A stretch of DNA of 64,000 nucleotides from assembly GCA_036381155.1 (NCBI GenBank), contig DASVDJ010000074.1, positions 10,111 through 74,110 of the forward strand, read 5' to 3'. A program made the position numbers and the translations under genes. This stretch comes from Vicinamibacterales bacterium (GTDB lineage Bacteria > Acidobacteriota > Vicinamibacteria > Vicinamibacterales > JAENWD01). Positions 59,301 through 64,000 of this stretch are shown here, piece after piece. The notes under the pieces were generated by a model. That model did no database searches, had not been told where the DNA came from, and saw only the letters and a list, made by a program, of their open reading frames with translations. Numbering within the stretch: the first letter of the stretch is position 1; every line of letters begins with the position of its first letter.

Positions 59301-60092
59301 TCAGAAGAGCACCAGCTCGGCGCCGCGTTCCGCCACCAGCGCGTCGAAGTGCTCGACGAGGTGCCTGCTCCGCGCCACGAGTGCGGCGACTTCGCTCCGG
59401 TCGAGATAGCGGCCGACCGCCGCGCGGACCTCGTCCTCGTTCAGGGTGCGCAGCCGCTCGAGCAGCACGCGTGGACAGCGGACCAGCGCTTTCGGCGTCC
59501 GGACCTTCTTCGAGCGGCGGAAGGCCCGTGTGAAGTCGACCATCTTCAGCTGCCAGTCCTTCGTGATGAGCATGTTCGTCTGGTTCCGGTCGGTGTCCGC
59601 GATGAGCTCGCGGAACACCCGCGCCGTGTCCCACTGACGGGCCCACTCCGCCGGGTCCGGGGGCGCCAGCTTCTGCTGCACCCGCATCTGCTCGTCCCAC
59701 TCCCACTCGACCCACCAGACGAGCGAGCCGCGCTGCCCGTTGATGATCCGCTCCACCGCGAGCGGCACCATGTGCCCCAGGCCCACGAGCCGGGCGACCT
59801 CTCCCGCCGCGATGTTGAACTGCCACGAATCGCGGAAGTCGATCTCGACCCGTCCGCCCTGGAACCGCTGGATCGCCTTCGCTTCGTCGACCACATTGAA
59901 CACGGCGTCATGCGTGAGCGTGCCGTCGCTCAGCGTGACCCGCTTCGGCCGGGTCGTGCCTTTCGACAGGGATGTCACCGACACGATGGGCGCCCGACAC
60001 AGGAACTCGCGAATCTGGTCGTCGTCGAGCGCCGAGGGCGTTGGCAGGGCCTGCGCCACAGCAAGGATGGCCGCCAGGGCGTACGCGTTCAT
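59301..60092 (-). CDS. secreted protein with a protein-kinase-like catalytic signature
   Basis: A signal peptide (MNAYALAAILAVAQA) is present. DTDRNQTNMLI (D-x4-N catalytic-loop spacing) is followed by MVDFTRAF (DFG-like). No family recognised. Confidence 0.5.
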   Translation of the reverse strand: MNAYALAAILAVAQALPTPSALDDDQIREFLCRAPIVSVTSLSKGTTRPKRVTLSDGTLTHDAVFNVVDEAKAIQRFQGGRVEIDFRDSWQFNIAAGEVARLVGLGHMVPLAVERIINGQRGSLVWWVEWEWDEQMRVQQKLAPPDPAEWARQWDTARVFRELIADTDRNQTNMLITKDWQLKMVDFTRAFRRSKKVRTPKALVRCPRVLLERLRTLNEDEVRAAVGRYLDRSEVAALVARSRHLVEHFDALVAERGAELVLF

Positions 60093-60138
60093 ACCGGGAC
60101 TCTACGCGAATCCGGGACGCGAGGTTGCGAAAAGTGGA

Positions 60139-60156
60139 GGGGCGGGAGGGAAGGGG
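60139..60156 (+). repeat. compact G-quadruplex motif GGGGCGGGAGGGAAGGGG
   Basis: Four G3-4 runs have loops of 1, 1 and 2 nt. It lies in the spacer between sdhB and the kinase-like gene. Confidence 0.7.
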
Positions 60157-60166
60157 AACAGGCAGG

Positions 60167-60194
60167 CCCGGACCGGCACGCCGGCCGGTCCGGG
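60167..60194 (-). terminator. hairpin CCCGGACCGG-loop-CCGGTCCGGG downstream of sdhB
   Basis: 10-bp perfect GC-rich stem 10 nt after the sdhB stop (60204). There is no U-tract. Confidence 0.5.
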
Positions 60195-60203
60195 CGCCGG
60201 GGA

Positions 60204-60965
60204 TCAGCCGGCCTTCAGGACGGTCGCCCGGAAGTACTCGCGGTTCATCCGGGCGATCGCCGAGATGGAGATCTCCTTCGGGCAGACGGCCTGGCACTCG
60301 CCTTCGTTCGAGCACATCCCGAACCCTTCCGCGTCCATCTGCTCGACCATCCGGACGACCCGCCGGCTCCGCTCGACCGTGCCCTGCGGGAGCATCGCGA
60401 GGTGCGTGATCTTCGCCCCCGTGAACAGGGCGGCCGATGCGTTCTTGCAGGCCGCGACGCAGGCGCCGCAGGCGATGCACTGCGCGAAGTCCATCGCCGA
60501 CTCGGCGACGTCGCGCGGGATGGGGATGGCATTGGCCTCCGGCGCCGAGCCCGTGTTCACCGAGACGTACCCGCCGGCGGCGATGATGCGGTCGAACGCG
60601 CTGCGATCGACGACGAGGTCCTTGATGATGGGGAAGGCCTTCGCCCGCCACGGCTCGATCACGATCGTCTCGCCGTCCCGGAACCGCCGCATGTGCAGCT
60701 GGCAGACCGTGCCGCCCGGGTCGGGTCCGTGCGCGACGCCGTTGACCATGAAGCCGCACGACCCGCAGATGCCTTCACGGCAGTCGGAGTCGAACGCAAT
60801 CGGGTCCTCGCCGCGCCGGATGAGCCCCTCGTTGACGACGTCCAGCATCTCGAGGAAGGACATGTCGGGCGAGATCTGCTCGGCCGTGTAGTCGACCAGC
60901 CGCCCCGGCGCGTCCGGCCCCGCCTGGCGCCAGACCTTCAGATGAACCGTGATGCGTGCGGACAT
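60204..60965 (-). CDS. sdhB: succinate dehydrogenase/fumarate reductase iron-sulfur subunit
   Basis: The three Cys clusters are present ([27 protein letters not shown]). The start was set at ATG 60965 ([14 protein letters not shown]). Confidence 0.9.
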   Translation of the reverse strand: MSARITVHLKVWRQAGPDAPGRLVDYTAEQISPDMSFLEMLDVVNEGLIRRGEDPIAFDSDCREGICGSCGFMVNGVAHGPDPGGTVCQLHMRRFRDGETIVIEPWRAKAFPIIKDLVVDRSAFDRIIAAGGYVSVNTGSAPEANAIPIPRDVAESAMDFAQCIACGACVAACKNASAALFTGAKITHLAMLPQGTVERSRRVVRMVEQMDAEGFGMCSNEGECQAVCPKEISISAIARMNREYFRATVLKAG

Positions 60966-60980
60966 ATCGGATGTGCCACT

Positions 60981-61164
60981 CTCTGGGCCTTGGGCCTTGG
61001 GCCCTTTGGGCTTTGGGCCCTTTGGGCTTTGGGCTTTGGGCTTTGGGCCTTGGGCTTTGGGCCCTGGGCTTTGGGCCTGGGGCTTTGGGCCTGGGGGCAG
61101 CTGCCGGCTGCCAGCCGCCAGCTGCCTGTACATGGCTGCCTGCCGCCTACTGCCTACTCCCTAC
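60981..61164. repeat. sdhA-sdhB spacer made of GGGCYTT(T) units (~15) followed by CTGCCRG and CTRCCTA heptamers
   Basis: CTCTGGGCC TTGGGCC TTGGGCCC TTTGGGC TTTGGGCCC ... GGGGGCAGCTGCCGGCTGCCAGCCGCCAGCTGCC ... CTACTGCCTACTCCCTACCTAC. There is no unique sequence between the two genes. Confidence 0.9.
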
Positions 61165-63074
<1,910 letters not shown>

Positions 63075-63078
<4 letters not shown>

Positions 63079-63788
63079 GACCGGGCTCCCACCAGCAGGA
63101 AGTAGAGCGGGATGGTGATGAACCCGCCCGCGATGACGATGGCCAGGATCCATCCGAACCGCCGCAGCTTCGGCGCGAGGCCGGTGCGGTCGATGCCCAT
63201 CGACTGGAAGGCGCTCGAGACGCCGTGCCACAGATGGAAGCCGATGATGACCATGGAGACGACGTAGAAGACGACGTAGCCGGGGTCGCTGAACACCTCG
63301 GCGACGAGACGGAACAGGTCGCGCTGTCCGCCGGGCGCCTCGTAGTGCGGCCCGTACTTGAACGTTTTCAGGTGAAACGGCACGAAGAGCAGCAGGAACG
63401 TCCCCGACAGGATCATCGTCGTCGAGGCCCAGCTCTTGCGGCTCGTGTGCCCGGCCCATTGCTTCTGCGCGTACGGTGTCGGCCGTGCCCGGCGAGCGCC
63501 GAGGAACAGCCGCACGGCCTTGAACACGTGCAGGACGAAGATCGCCAGCAGGCCGAGCTCGGCCGGGATGATCAGCGGATTGCTGATCAGCGACTCGCTG
63601 TAGTCGTTGAAGGCCTGCGGCGAGGCGAAGACGAGCAGGTTGCCCGCCAGGTGCAGGATCAGGAATCCAACGAGGGCCAGTCCGGTGAACGCGATCAGGT
63701 ACTTGGAGCCGACGGACGTGGAGAGGAATGAGCGGCGCGCTGCCATGTGAGGTCGACGTGTCGGTCCGACCGCCCGGCGATCGGACAT
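63075..63788 (-). CDS. sdhC: succinate dehydrogenase cytochrome b subunit (five-helix, Bacillus/Wolinella type)
   Basis: A polytopic protein with conserved His-bearing helices ([24 protein letters not shown]). ATG 63788 was chosen because of the TGATAGAAT-N7-ATG arrangement. ATG 63746 is an alternative. Confidence 0.8.
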
Positions 63789-63795
63789 CCAGCCA

Positions 63796-63804
63796 ATTCT
63801 ATCA
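63796..63804 (-). promoter_or_regulatory. extended -10 box TGATAGAAT, 7 nt upstream of ATG 63788 (leaderless-type sdh promoter candidate)
   Basis: The minus strand reads CTGATAGAAT-tggctgg-ATG. Confidence 0.4.
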
Positions 63805-63871
63805 GGTGCAAGCGCGACAGTCTCGCACGATACAATGCGCCCCGCCGCGCGCCGCCACGGCCGCACCCGCC

Positions 63872-64000
63872 ATGCCCGCCACCGAAGTTGCCGAGCTCGC
63901 CATCGGGTCCGTGATCTGCGCCATCGGCGCGCTCGCGATCGCGGCCGCGGCCGTCCGGAGGCCGCGCGGCGAGCCGGCGGTGCTCTGGTTCGGCATCTTC
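63872..64000 (+). CDS. 5' end of a membrane protein gene (runs off the window)
   Basis: An open frame from ATG 63872 (MPATEVAELAIGSVICAIGALAIAAAAVRRPRGEPAVLWFGIF) has a hydrophobic helix. GATACAAT lies at 63829-63836. It is too short to assign a function. Confidence 0.35.
   Translation, partial: MPATEVAELAIGSVICAIGALAIAAAAVRRPRGEPAVLWFGIF

Overview
Very GC-rich (roughly two-thirds or more G+C by eye) bacterial chromosomal segment with about 53 protein genes and one tRNA-Lys(UUU). I saw no transposase, integrase, prophage, CRISPR array or known defence gene. The gene content suggests Acidobacteriota, but this is inference only: an ADOP-type duplicated MacB-like permease, a Ser/Thr kinase fused to a TolB-like propeller, exported DUF1080/GH16/GH5-like enzymes, and a MacAB-like pump with an NtrC-type two-component system. 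Core blocks are gltBD (glutamate synthase), Bacillus-type sdhCAB, glutaminase, M3 and M20 peptidases, AbgT/AI-2E/SSS transporters, and a symporter/nucleotidyltransferase/GHMP-kinase sugar-salvage operon. Many neighbouring genes overlap by ATGA/GTGA/TGATG, which implies translational coupling. The unusual part is the non-coding architecture, not a gene island. (i) Most of the longer intergenic spacers carry tandem 6-10-bp oligomer arrays from at least six unrelated unit families, often as inverted arms, plus a REP-like palindrome family and G-quadruplex-capable tracts. (ii) A TAnnnT (often TGnTAnnnT) -10 box lies 6-9 nt from the start codon of at least ten genes and 7 nt from the tRNA 5' end, which suggests widespread leaderless transcription. 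(iii) Sigma-54-type -24/-12 boxes sit in front of two operons that each end with an enhancer-binding protein. Gene-level curiosities are an SPFH protein with a C-terminal excisionase-type HTH plus a zinc-ribbon partner, a PNPOx-GAF-winged-helix regulator divergent from c-type cytochromes, a glutaminase/YihY/membrane-phosphoesterase operon, a secreted kinase-like protein, a perfect 36-bp in-frame duplication, and a repeat-filled sdhA-sdhB spacer. All family calls come from motif recognition in the supplied translations. No database search was run.
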